Virus record (IMG/VR): IMGVR_UViG_3300019373_000210
Coordinates: 3,520-67,519 of that record
Source: a virus
Lineage: Duplodnaviria; Caudoviricetes
Length of the DNA stretch: 64,000 bases
Strand: one strand, 5' to 3'
In this document: positions 28,346-37,534 of the stretch, piece by piece
Position numbering within the stretch: position 1 is the first letter of the stretch
Layout of the letters: the number at the start of each line of letters is the position of its first letter
Translations under genes and position numbers: made by a program
The notes under the pieces: generated by a model
Database searches by the model: none
What the model was told of the DNA's origin: nothing
What the model saw: only the letters and a program-made list of their open reading frames with translations

Positions 28346-30057
28346 TGCGCTTCACCTCCCCGTTGTCTTGACCTCGAAGCAAATGGCCAACGCCTCCGCT
28401 CGCTCCTCTCAACATGGGGCTGGTTTTCGTCTGCTGGTGCTATTGGAAGGTCGGAAAACTCTGTTTTCCTTGGCGTGTCTCGCAATGCATCGGAATAGCT
28501 CGTTGCCGAATCGAGGTGTTGACTGCGAGCGAAATCGTCTGCCGTTATCTCGGGCAGTCGCAGAGTCGAAGTAGCCTCTATTGCTGCTGGCTTTTCTGGC
28601 TCTTCGATATTCGGGTTCGTTTGCAGAACATCATCCGAAACGGACGGCCGAACATCCAGCGTCAATTCGTCGCCGTCAACAATTCCAGAACTATCTCTGG
28701 TATTGTCCGTCAAACAATCCCCTGAACCTGCTGCCGCAAGTAACTCCTCAGCCTCTTCGTTGCCTGGGGCATCCGCAGGTGCCTCAACGGGCCCTCCCTC
28801 GATCTTTTCCAGGTTCTCCTCGTCACCGACATCGTTTTCATCATCGTTGAGTGGTTCGCCATCAATCTCGGGCTTGAACTCAAGCCCGATCTTCTCAAGC
28901 CTGGGAAACCAGAAATTCTCGGCTGACGCTTTGAAGCTTTCTGCCTTCTCCATCTGCTCTGTAGCCATATGTTCTCTTTCAGAAAGCTCGTCAACGTCTG
29001 CATCGATCGCTTCTTTTTCTTTCGCCACTGCATTGAAAAGCTCTTCTTTTTCCGCAAGCTTTTCCTTCAGCTCAACGATTTCCATCTCGATAGAATCATA
29101 TTGCTCTTCAAGGCCTGCAAGTTTTGCTTGAGCATCTGCGAGCTGAGCAGTGCATTGTTCTAACGCATCAGAGCACGATGAGACTTTCTCATATACCTGT
29201 TGTAGCGATTGCCGTGGTTTTGCAAGCAGGCTTTTTTGGGAAGTCATGGCCGCAATGCTTACATCATCGCCGCTGCCGCCCTCGCTAATCTGGGGAAGAA
29301 GATCATCAAGTTTTTCCCTCGTTGCTTCGAGGCCATTTTCCTTAAGCCAGTATCCAACGGAGTAGAAGCAGTTATATAGGCCAGCCTGATCGAAGCTCTC
29401 CTCAATTCCATCGGATGAGACGAATACGGCCAAAGGTTTGACGTTGCTGTAGTAATGCCGGAACGACTCTATTGCATTCGAGTTGCATAGTGATGTCGAC
29501 CTGTTCCCGAGGCAGTTTTCATCAACTGGCACCGGTTCGACGAACACTCCGTCGTTGTAAGCTGCAACGCATTTTCCATCGCCAATTTGAATAGCCAACC
29601 AGTAGCTACCCGTAACTATCGCCGCTATCAACGTGCAACCATAAGCCTTTTCGAATCGGTCGCCAGCCCCATAGACTTCGCGCGCCCGTTCCGAAGCCGC
29701 ATCAAGCTCTTCGGCAGTAAATGGATTTAGTTCGGCGTCTCGCAGAACCTTTTCCTTCCATCTATTCGCAATGTCGGATTCCAATGAAACAACCAGCGAT
29801 TCGAAATCGCATTGCGATAAGTCGTCGATATGATTGGTTACGCTCTGGAATCTGCGGAGCTCTCTGATTGCAACATCGCATGCGTGCATAGCGCCCAGGG
29901 CGCTTCTAAAGCAATTCTTGTCGCCATGGCCATCGCTAATCACGACGATGCTAAGTTGCTCATCCGAGTAAACTTCTGAGTAATCTTCGCAATCTAGCCC
30001 GTTAAGGACATGGCTTTTGCCAATGTGATGAGCATTGATTTCGATGTATGGCTGCAT
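28342..30057 (-). CDS. PP2C-family phosphatase (TerY-P triad) with coiled-coil and acidic tail
   Basis: HIGKSH..CED, VISDGHG, QIGDG, VSSDG, GDDVS. Confidence 0.88.
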   Translation of the reverse strand: MQPYIEINAHHIGKSHVLNGLDCEDYSEVYSDEQLSIVVISDGHGDKNCFRSALGAMHACDVAIRELRRFQSVTNHIDDLSQCDFESLVVSLESDIANRWKEKVLRDAELNPFTAEELDAASERAREVYGAGDRFEKAYGCTLIAAIVTGSYWLAIQIGDGKCVAAYNDGVFVEPVPVDENCLGNRSTSLCNSNAIESFRHYYSNVKPLAVFVSSDGIEESFDQAGLYNCFYSVGYWLKENGLEATREKLDDLLPQISEGGSGDDVSIAAMTSQKSLLAKPRQSLQQVYEKVSSCSDALEQCTAQLADAQAKLAGLEEQYDSIEMEIVELKEKLAEKEELFNAVAKEKEAIDADVDELSEREHMATEQMEKAESFKASAENFWFPRLEKIGLEFKPEIDGEPLNDDENDVGDEENLEKIEGGPVEAPADAPGNEEAEELLAAAGSGDCLTDNTRDSSGIVDGDELTLDVRPSVSDDVLQTNPNIEEPEKPAAIEATSTLRLPEITADDFARSQHLDSATSYSDALRDTPRKTEFSDLPIAPADENQPHVERSERRRWPFASRSRQRGGEAQ

Positions 30058-30069
30058 CTCTTCACCTCG

Positions 30070-31053
30070 CTAGAAATCGAAATCATGCTCCCAATCTATC
30101 TCGCCAATAGGCAATGTTGGGCTTGCGCTTACAGTTGCAGCCGGTTGGCTCACTGGTTGCAGCGGCTCGGGTGCGGCGCTTGCGCTTGTTTGCGGCTGAC
30201 TTTGCGCCGTTTGCGCTGGTGCAGGAGCGGGCGCAACTGTGGGCGCGGGAGCGTATGATGAATTGAACGTTGACGTTCCCTGCGCAACGCTTGTTGTCGT
30301 GTTCTGAATCGATCCTTGTTGAGTCACGAAATCTACACCCGTCAAAGTAACAAGCTCTATTTGTTTCGCTAGGATGACGGTGTTCTTCGCCTCGTATACG
30401 TTGCTCTCGTTTTCGGTGAACTCCATGAGGACACGCTTGCACTCTGGGCTAAGAGCGCCTTCTTCGATGGCGATTCCCGCCCTCGTGGAGAACTGGAACC
30501 ACTTGTTCCTTTTTAGCCGTTCGAGCTCTTCCCTGTAGAGCCCCATGTCAGACGGTTTTCCATCGGTCATGAATATTATGAGGGGCGTGTAGGCGCCGGC
30601 GGTGGAGTTGAGAAATTGCCTCCTGGAAAGCTTCTCGTTAAGAGCGGCAAAGGCCGTTCCGTAATTTGTGCATCCCCCGACCACGTCAATATCTTGGAAC
30701 TGATACGAGGACACCGGTTGTGGTGATATGGTCCGCCAGGTCGCTCTTGTCGAGAACTCCAATACGGCAATCTGCACTTCAGCGGCTGTGTTCCCGCGCT
30801 CCCGCTTTTTAAGCTCTGGAAGAACGTTTCTGATGGCATCGTTGACGGCGCCAATGCGAGCACCCCTCATGCTGCCTGAAACGTCCACGACGAAGAAGAC
30901 AACCATCGCCCTCTTCTTTAGCGACGTTACGATGTTGGAAACATCCGGAGTGGCAACGGGCTGGCTCTGCACGCTTACGCCGGTATCGAGGCTGTCAAAG
31001 TCGCCAAAATCGAACGAGTCGAGATCGAACGGATCAAAATCGCTACCCGCCAT
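30070..31053 (-). CDS. terY: TerY vWA protein (copy 1)
   Basis: FFVVDVSGSMRGARIGAVNDAI, TNYGTAF, FMTDGKPSD; between kinase and PP2C. Confidence 0.88.
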   Translation of the reverse strand: MAGSDFDPFDLDSFDFGDFDSLDTGVSVQSQPVATPDVSNIVTSLKKRAMVVFFVVDVSGSMRGARIGAVNDAIRNVLPELKKRERGNTAAEVQIAVLEFSTRATWRTISPQPVSSYQFQDIDVVGGCTNYGTAFAALNEKLSRRQFLNSTAGAYTPLIIFMTDGKPSDMGLYREELERLKRNKWFQFSTRAGIAIEEGALSPECKRVLMEFTENESNVYEAKNTVILAKQIELVTLTGVDFVTQQGSIQNTTTSVAQGTSTFNSSYAPAPTVAPAPAPAQTAQSQPQTSASAAPEPLQPVSQPAATVSASPTLPIGEIDWEHDFDF

Positions 31054-31070
31054 TGCAAATCACTCCCTTC

Positions 31071-32330
31071 CTAGAAAACCTTGCCTTTTATATTGCCGAA
31101 ATCAATAACGGTGCCATGAATGAGCGGGGCGAAGGCCTTTGGCTTAATCGTCGCTGGACCCTTGCCCGGCAAAGTGCAGACCCATTCTCCGTCAGAAAGG
31201 TTTCCGAGTCCGTATACGGTATTGTCCGATACGCTCGCCCGAACCATTCCGGAAGGAGTCTTGTAGTCCGTGCTTATCCGGTTCGTCTGGCAGTCGTAGA
31301 GGATGCTATCAGGCGAAAGCGCTATCGCCTGTTCTTCGGTCCTCAGCAGACGACAGCCTGGCGGGATTGTTTCGGGTTTATAGGCGTTTACAAACTGCTC
31401 TTTGCCGTCAAGCTTGACAAGCATGCCCCTGGCCTTGACCAGCACTTCGCGCCACTGCTGCTCCGTTATCCGGCTGTTGATGTCCTTTAGGCCTTTGGTA
31501 AACGCCTTCGTGAACGCCGCCGTGAGATCAGGCGGAAACATGGGCCATCGCATTATCACGTTGGGGTGAGCTTCGGGATCGGGCCTGTTGGTATTGTTGT
31601 CCGGATCGTAAACGAATATTGGTTTCTCGCCGAAAAGCTGAGCCCCGATTGCATCGGTTAAGGGGAACTGTATCGTGTATCTCCCCTCAAGCGGGTGGTC
31701 GATGTAGAACAGCCGGAACAAAATGATTGCGAGCGAGAAGCGGTCTGTATGGGTGTTGGGACGAACTTTGTTGGTCACGACTTCGGGCGCCATGTATTTT
31801 GGCATGCCCTTTACGCCGAGGTTCTCGCCGAAAGGAGCTACGTTGTCGTTGTCGCAAATCAGGACCTCTCCGTCATCTGGATTGATAAAGAAGCTACCCT
31901 CGTTCAGGTCCTGGTAGCTGTATCCCATGCTGTGCAATGCGAAAAAGCTCTCGACGATGTTCAGGGCCGCTTTGAACAACAGATCCCAGCTCTTGAACCT
32001 GGCGTCTCCCAGAAGGAATTCTCCGTATTCCCTGTAAAAAGACGGACGTAAGTCCATGATGTAACCGAATCTTCCGTTGACCTTCTCGGTTATCGCTTTT
32101 GGCCATAGGAAATGCTCGTCAGGCGCTCCGACTTTTATGTTGTGGGCAAGGTTTGCGTAAAATGCATCCGTTGGCACGATTTTGCTGTACCACTTCAATG
32201 CATATTCGCCGCCGTTGTAATCGACTCTGTAAACCTCGCCTTGTCCGCCCTCGGCGATATAGTCGATAATCCTGACGTATCGACCACCATCTAGCAGGGG
32301 TATGGTGTCGCCTTTCTTCAGTGTCGCCAT
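31071..32330 (-). CDS. Ser/Thr protein kinase (TerY-P triad)
   Basis: IAEGGQGEVY, ALKWY, YQDLNEGSF, ICDNDN, KYMAPE, TDRFSLA. Confidence 0.9.
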   Translation of the reverse strand: MATLKKGDTIPLLDGGRYVRIIDYIAEGGQGEVYRVDYNGGEYALKWYSKIVPTDAFYANLAHNIKVGAPDEHFLWPKAITEKVNGRFGYIMDLRPSFYREYGEFLLGDARFKSWDLLFKAALNIVESFFALHSMGYSYQDLNEGSFFINPDDGEVLICDNDNVAPFGENLGVKGMPKYMAPEVVTNKVRPNTHTDRFSLAIILFRLFYIDHPLEGRYTIQFPLTDAIGAQLFGEKPIFVYDPDNNTNRPDPEAHPNVIMRWPMFPPDLTAAFTKAFTKGLKDINSRITEQQWREVLVKARGMLVKLDGKEQFVNAYKPETIPPGCRLLRTEEQAIALSPDSILYDCQTNRISTDYKTPSGMVRASVSDNTVYGLGNLSDGEWVCTLPGKGPATIKPKAFAPLIHGTVIDFGNIKGKVF

Positions 32331-32349
32331 TTCACAATCCTTTTTTCGC

Positions 32350-35300
32350 CTATTCCACGGCCACTATTTTAATGCACTCGTCTTCACTCAATACATCCGA
32401 CATCTGGATGGTCTTGGCTTCTTCCTCGGTTATGCCCTCGGTGCGAACCACCCTCCGCATGAGCTTTGCAGCGGTCTTCTCGAAAACGGTTCTGGCAGTA
32501 CGCCCGTTGGAGTAATACTCCATAGTTGTCATCTTGTCGAAAATCGGAATGTAGTATTCCTCTACGCCGTCGGCGATGCTGTATCCAGCTTTCCTACAGA
32601 ACAAAGCAAAGATCTGATAGAGCTCTTCTGCTGAGAAATCGCGGAAATGCACTTCTTCGATTCTCGATCTCATGCCGCTATTGGACTTGTACAGCCCTTG
32701 CATGTCCTTTTCGTAGCCGGCCATAATGATGCAGCACTTAGCCCTATGCTCCGGGTCGTCCATGAACGCGATGATTTGCTCGAGCGCTTCCTTTTTGTAG
32801 CTCGTGTCCGAATGCGCGCCGTCGGCGTAGGAGAGGCTGTAGGCTTCGTCGATGAAAAGAACGCCGTTGATCGATTTTTTCAACAGCTCGTACGTCTTCT
32901 TGTCGGTTTCCCCCATGTACTGTCCGATTAGGTCCTTTGCGGTGCATGAGTAAAAGTTGCTTGTCTTTACGATGCCTAATTCGCGAAGGCATTCCCCGAA
33001 GAGCTTCGCGCTGGTCGACTTTCCCGTCCCGGGATTGCCAACGAAGAAATAATAGCCAGGAATGATGTCGTAGAGCGATAATCCGCTCTTCTGCGCGTAA
33101 ACCAATTGTTCCCGTTTTTGCAGGATGATTTCCTTCAAGTCGGAAAGGCCTATTTGCTCGTTGAGCTCGCTCATTATTTCGTCGAAGCTACGCGGGTTGA
33201 TTTGGTCTTTTATCAAATCGAGTTGATCTTGCGGTATGTCTTCAGCAACGTATTGGTAGCGGTCAACTCCTTCGCCAGCCATGCTGGTACGCTTTAGCAA
33301 GAGCTTCTTCATATCTATGACAAGCTTCTTAACTTCGCCTGCGTTTCCAAACGATTCTGTCCTTGTGTTGTACTTGTACTCCATCAGGAGCTCGATGAGG
33401 TGGTGGGCCTCATCCGTGATGGTTCGTCCCTGAGCTTCAATTGACTTGTCGAAAATCTTCACTAGCTGATCGGGCTTGTAATCGGGGAAGTCTACGATTC
33501 TTACGCGACGAGCGAGACCGGCGTTCAGCTTCAGGAAATCTTCAACGCGATTGGAATACATGCCGAATATCATCTTGAAGTCGGCCGCGTTCTCCGTCAT
33601 TTTCGTCATCATCGCGCCAACGATTTCGGCAGAGTACGCGGTATCAGCAATCTGGTATGCCTCATCGATGTAGAGGAGGGCGTTGTGGTCGATGGCTTCC
33701 TGGATTTTCTCCACTATCTTGTTTTTCGAGTCGCCAACATGGCTTCCTATTAGCTCTGAGGCGTCGACGAAAAGAGTCTCCGCCCCGCCTAGAACACCCA
33801 TGAGATGATAGAATTCGCCAATCATCTTGCCGACAGTAGTCTTGCCTGTTCCTGGATTCCCAGCGAAGATGAAGTGGTCCGGATAGACGTCGGGCTGGAT
33901 GCCCCTGCGCTTGCAATCCTCAACGTCGAGGATTTCCAAGCGAACGCTATCGAATAGCTCCTTGACGAAATCGAGCCCAACATATCTGTCTATTTCCGCA
34001 TAGATGTCATCAATCGAAGATACGCCGTGTTGTTCGAAGTATTTCGCGTAGCTCCCGAAGTCCTCTTTCTTTATGCACCGCTCGTCATCATCCCTCAGCG
34101 ATGATTGCATCTTGGCTTCTCTCGCAACGGAAACCACGTCGCGGGCGTTTCCGAAGTTTGCGCGATCCCTTTGCTCGTACATGTTCTTGAAGAAAAGATC
34201 GAGGTCGATCGGATCGTCTTCGCCCTCTCCGCTGCCCCACAGCCTGTAGCCGTCTTTCTTGCAGTTGTTGATGAAAATGGTCTTAAGGAGGTCTGGGCCA
34301 TAATCCTCGATGGTCAATATGTTGGCTTTGCTGAATCGGCTGCTCAAACCGGAATTCATCTTTAATAGCTCGTCCATGGGGTCTGGATAGCCAGCCATGA
34401 TCATGCAAAAGCGATACTGCTTGACGTTAGTCATAGCTGCAACGATTTCGTCTATCGCCTCTTTGGGATAGTTGTTCTCATCGCTCTTGTCCAAAAGTGA
34501 GTATGCATCGTCTATGAAGAGTACGCTTTCTTGAGCTTCGGCGATTTGCTCTCGCGTTCTGTTGGCCGTTCCGCCAACATATCTATCTACTAGGTCTTCT
34601 CTCGTAGCCTCAATGGTCAAGCCCTTTTTCAGGATCCCAGTCTCGTAGAATATCTGTCCAATTAGCCTTGCAACGGTCGTCTTTCCGACGCCGGGGTTTC
34701 CTTTTATTACGAAATGGGGTACCGGGTAATCGAAAACAACGTCGTCTTCTGGCGTGTCGATTCGCTCGTTCGAGCATACTTTCTTGCTGGCCTTCTTCTT
34801 TTTTGGCTTTTTCGCAAGCGCTCGCGCTTTCTTTTGGTTGTAATCGGCGACGATTTCGCTAATCCGTTTAGCAATGGATTCCCAGCCCCTCGTGTTCACG
34901 AGCGTTTCCATTGGGTCGGCATTATCGTTTGCCTCGAATTTACTGTAGATTGCCTTAATGGTCTCTTCAGTAATTGGGACGACGTCGCCCTCCTGTTGTT
35001 TCATGTACCAAACGACGTTTTCATATATGGTGCTTAGGTAACCCGCACGATTCTCCTCGCGGTCCGCCTCTCTGCTAAGGTACATGAGGGATGAGACTAT
35101 CTTTGGCATTTCTAGCCTATCAAAGGAAATCCTCTTGCCCTCATCGCCGACAATCCTCAGATAGTCCAACATGTATCGGAACTCATCCTGGTTGGGCAGC
35201 CCGATGTGTACAGTACAGCTTCGGTTTATCGATTTGTTGTCGTTGAAAAACCTGTTCCGGAAGACATTTCCACTAGCCAGCCCATCAAACAGTCGCGAAA

Positions 35301-35961
35301 TGGATTCGGCGTTCATTTGGGGCGCCAAGAAGATGCATATGTTCTCGTTGCTGTTAAGGGCGTATTCGTCCCAAAGATGCGAAAGCAGCTCTGAATATTG
35401 TTGCAACGGCGCAGAGCCGTCGGTGACGAAATCCTGAAAGAACGTAAACACGATGGCGGTCTTTACACTCGAGTCCGCCATCATCCTCTTGGCATCGTCC
35501 AGGAATTCTGCGGGGGTAATCTTTGGCTGCTTATAAACAAGCTTTGCGGGCGTTGCGTCACTAGCTGCTTCGGCGCTCGGCTCGCTTGCCTTTTCATTCG
35601 CCGTCGCTGCTTGATCGTTGTTCGCTGCAGGTTGCGATTGAGCATGCGGGCTCAATATGCGGCGCTTCTTCTTCGGCGTGCCAGCGGATGGACCAGAAGG
35701 CTGATTTAGTGAGCCAGCACCGCCCTTGTCCTTGTTTTTGTTAATCGCAAGTAAGGCGCTCTGGTCATCGAGGACGTACTTGCCCGTGTTCTTTGCCCCT
35801 GAGTAGAATACGATTTGCTCATATCCCAAACTCCTCAGGTACGAGTTCAGAAACGGTCGAAAATTGTTCTTTTGCAAATCGGGCGACATGAACATGTCGT
35901 CAAGGTTTCCGTAGACGAGAAATATCTTGTTTATCTCCGGACGTTCGAAAATTGAACTCAT
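32350..35961 (-). CDS. Triple-domain AAA+ ATPase of the CbxX/SpoVK/EccA family
   Basis: GNPGVGKT/LFIDDAY, GNPGTGKT/LYIDEAY, GNPGTGKS/LFIDEAY. Confidence 0.9.
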   Translation of the reverse strand: MSSIFERPEINKIFLVYGNLDDMFMSPDLQKNNFRPFLNSYLRSLGYEQIVFYSGAKNTGKYVLDDQSALLAINKNKDKGGAGSLNQPSGPSAGTPKKKRRILSPHAQSQPAANNDQAATANEKASEPSAEAASDATPAKLVYKQPKITPAEFLDDAKRMMADSSVKTAIVFTFFQDFVTDGSAPLQQYSELLSHLWDEYALNSNENICIFLAPQMNAESISRLFDGLASGNVFRNRFFNDNKSINRSCTVHIGLPNQDEFRYMLDYLRIVGDEGKRISFDRLEMPKIVSSLMYLSREADREENRAGYLSTIYENVVWYMKQQEGDVVPITEETIKAIYSKFEANDNADPMETLVNTRGWESIAKRISEIVADYNQKKARALAKKPKKKKASKKVCSNERIDTPEDDVVFDYPVPHFVIKGNPGVGKTTVARLIGQIFYETGILKKGLTIEATREDLVDRYVGGTANRTREQIAEAQESVLFIDDAYSLLDKSDENNYPKEAIDEIVAAMTNVKQYRFCMIMAGYPDPMDELLKMNSGLSSRFSKANILTIEDYGPDLLKTIFINNCKKDGYRLWGSGEGEDDPIDLDLFFKNMYEQRDRANFGNARDVVSVAREAKMQSSLRDDDERCIKKEDFGSYAKYFEQHGVSSIDDIYAEIDRYVGLDFVKELFDSVRLEILDVEDCKRRGIQPDVYPDHFIFAGNPGTGKTTVGKMIGEFYHLMGVLGGAETLFVDASELIGSHVGDSKNKIVEKIQEAIDHNALLYIDEAYQIADTAYSAEIVGAMMTKMTENAADFKMIFGMYSNRVEDFLKLNAGLARRVRIVDFPDYKPDQLVKIFDKSIEAQGRTITDEAHHLIELLMEYKYNTRTESFGNAGEVKKLVIDMKKLLLKRTSMAGEGVDRYQYVAEDIPQDQLDLIKDQINPRSFDEIMSELNEQIGLSDLKEIILQKREQLVYAQKSGLSLYDIIPGYYFFVGNPGTGKSTSAKLFGECLRELGIVKTSNFYSCTAKDLIGQYMGETDKKTYELLKKSINGVLFIDEAYSLSYADGAHSDTSYKKEALEQIIAFMDDPEHRAKCCIIMAGYEKDMQGLYKSNSGMRSRIEEVHFRDFSAEELYQIFALFCRKAGYSIADGVEEYYIPIFDKMTTMEYYSNGRTARTVFEKTAAKLMRRVVRTEGITEEEAKTIQMSDVLSEDECIKIVAVE

Positions 35962-35999
35962 CGTCGTTTCTCCACCGTAGCAGGCTCGTTTGTTATTGG

Positions 36000-37514
36000 C
36001 TATTGCCGTAGCTTTTTCTTAGTTTCGACATCCGTGGAGAGCTTGCCCCTTGTTTCAGGCTTGCATTTGATGCTCACCTTGGCATACGGGTTGCCGCCCT
36101 TCACAACCTCCTCGACGCTCTCTCGGTAATAGGCCTTTCTTTCTTCGTTTGCCTCGTCGCCTTTTGTCTGCTTCACATCAACATGTGTCTGTATGTCCCC
36201 GTTCTCAAGGAGTTCGGGCGCCAGGGTAATAATCAGCTCCTCTCCAGAAGCCTCGTTTTCTAACCCAATGTGCAGAGCTCCATCGTGACGATCGTCGTCA
36301 TATGCATAACCGCTAAAAGTGAAGTTATGGTCCTCGAAGAAATCGATTAGCTCCTCGCTAATGTTCTGACGAGAGAATGCGTTGTTCATGTTGAGAACAG
36401 CTTTGCTCACGCATAGAGCGATTGCAGGGTAGAGCTCGCTATTCAGGAAGTTAACGTAAGCTTTAAGCTGATCAGTTGTCAGCTGTTCCGCATTGGGGCT
36501 ACGTAACGCGTCGTACATTTCGTTCGCCTTATGCAGCAAGTATTCAAAACGCGTCTGTCCTTTTGCGTTCCTGTCGGTGTATTCGGAGATCTGCACGCCG
36601 ACTATTTCATCTTCTAGCCTTTTGCCGGTCGCTTCTTCCGCATAGGCTTTGGCTTCCGCAGTTATGACGGATTGCGATTCGATATACGCCTTCACCTCTT
36701 CGGATAGCACAAGAGCCATCTTGAAGTAGTTCTCCCATTCCTGCTTCTTGGCGTCTGCTTCGTATATTTCCTCAAGTGCGTTTATTGCGACATCTTTTGC
36801 ACTAGCTATGGCACTTTCATATTGCCCGCCGTTGTATAGCGCAATCGTTTGATTCAGCTGGTTGCTAAGGGTTGCCAGTTGTCTTGATGCAAACTTTTCG
36901 CCGTCAAAGTCTTCTGCCAATGACACGAGCAGGGTTTTAGCCTCTTCGATATACGTCTTAGCGATTTCCTGGGCCCGCTGCTCTTTTGCTTTCATGTCAA
37001 CTTGGAGCTGCTGCAACTCGTCAATGTACATCGCGTACTGCTCGTTAATACGCTGCGAAACAACACCCATGCTCTCTGAAATCGCCTGTCGGTAGGAAGC
37101 ATTAAACCGGTCCTGGGTGCTGGCGATTGTCTGCATGGTCTGGGCGCGCGAAGCTTGAAGATTCGATACGTAATCCTGGAATGCTTGTGCATCTTTCTGG
37201 TCGGCGACACGTTGCATGTTGACCCGCTGCATTTCAAGCTCGCGCAGCATCTCTTCCGACGTCTGGATATTGAGCCTCGTCTGTTCCTGCATGCTGCTCT
37301 GCATGGTGCTCCGGAAACTACCAATGCTCTCAGCAACACCGCTCCTGCGAATTGCCTCTCGACGTGCTCGCTGCTCGCGCTCGTACTGAATAGCGGCGCT
37401 ACCAGCTTTTGCGCCAGCGGCAGCTATGCCCGCAACAGCTAGACCGCCAACTACCACAGGCATGGCGACAAGTGCTAGTGGAATAAGAATCAATCCGCCT
37501 GCTTCTCCACTCAT
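36000..37514 (-). CDS. Coiled-coil protein with N-terminal hydrophobic/Gly-rich segment
   Basis: GGLILIPLALVAMPVVVGGLAVAGIAAAGAKAG then Q/E-rich heptads; paralogous to 37535-38992. Confidence 0.8.
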   Translation of the reverse strand: MSGEAGGLILIPLALVAMPVVVGGLAVAGIAAAGAKAGSAAIQYEREQRARREAIRRSGVAESIGSFRSTMQSSMQEQTRLNIQTSEEMLRELEMQRVNMQRVADQKDAQAFQDYVSNLQASRAQTMQTIASTQDRFNASYRQAISESMGVVSQRINEQYAMYIDELQQLQVDMKAKEQRAQEIAKTYIEEAKTLLVSLAEDFDGEKFASRQLATLSNQLNQTIALYNGGQYESAIASAKDVAINALEEIYEADAKKQEWENYFKMALVLSEEVKAYIESQSVITAEAKAYAEEATGKRLEDEIVGVQISEYTDRNAKGQTRFEYLLHKANEMYDALRSPNAEQLTTDQLKAYVNFLNSELYPAIALCVSKAVLNMNNAFSRQNISEELIDFFEDHNFTFSGYAYDDDRHDGALHIGLENEASGEELIITLAPELLENGDIQTHVDVKQTKGDEANEERKAYYRESVEEVVKGGNPYAKVSIKCKPETRGKLSTDVETKKKLRQ

Positions 37515-37534
37515 AATCTCATTCTCCCTTGGCT

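Noticed and set aside
17326-35961. Annotating the module as a canonical type VII secretion system
   Set aside because: No membrane components and no literal WXG motif; kept only as T7SS-like
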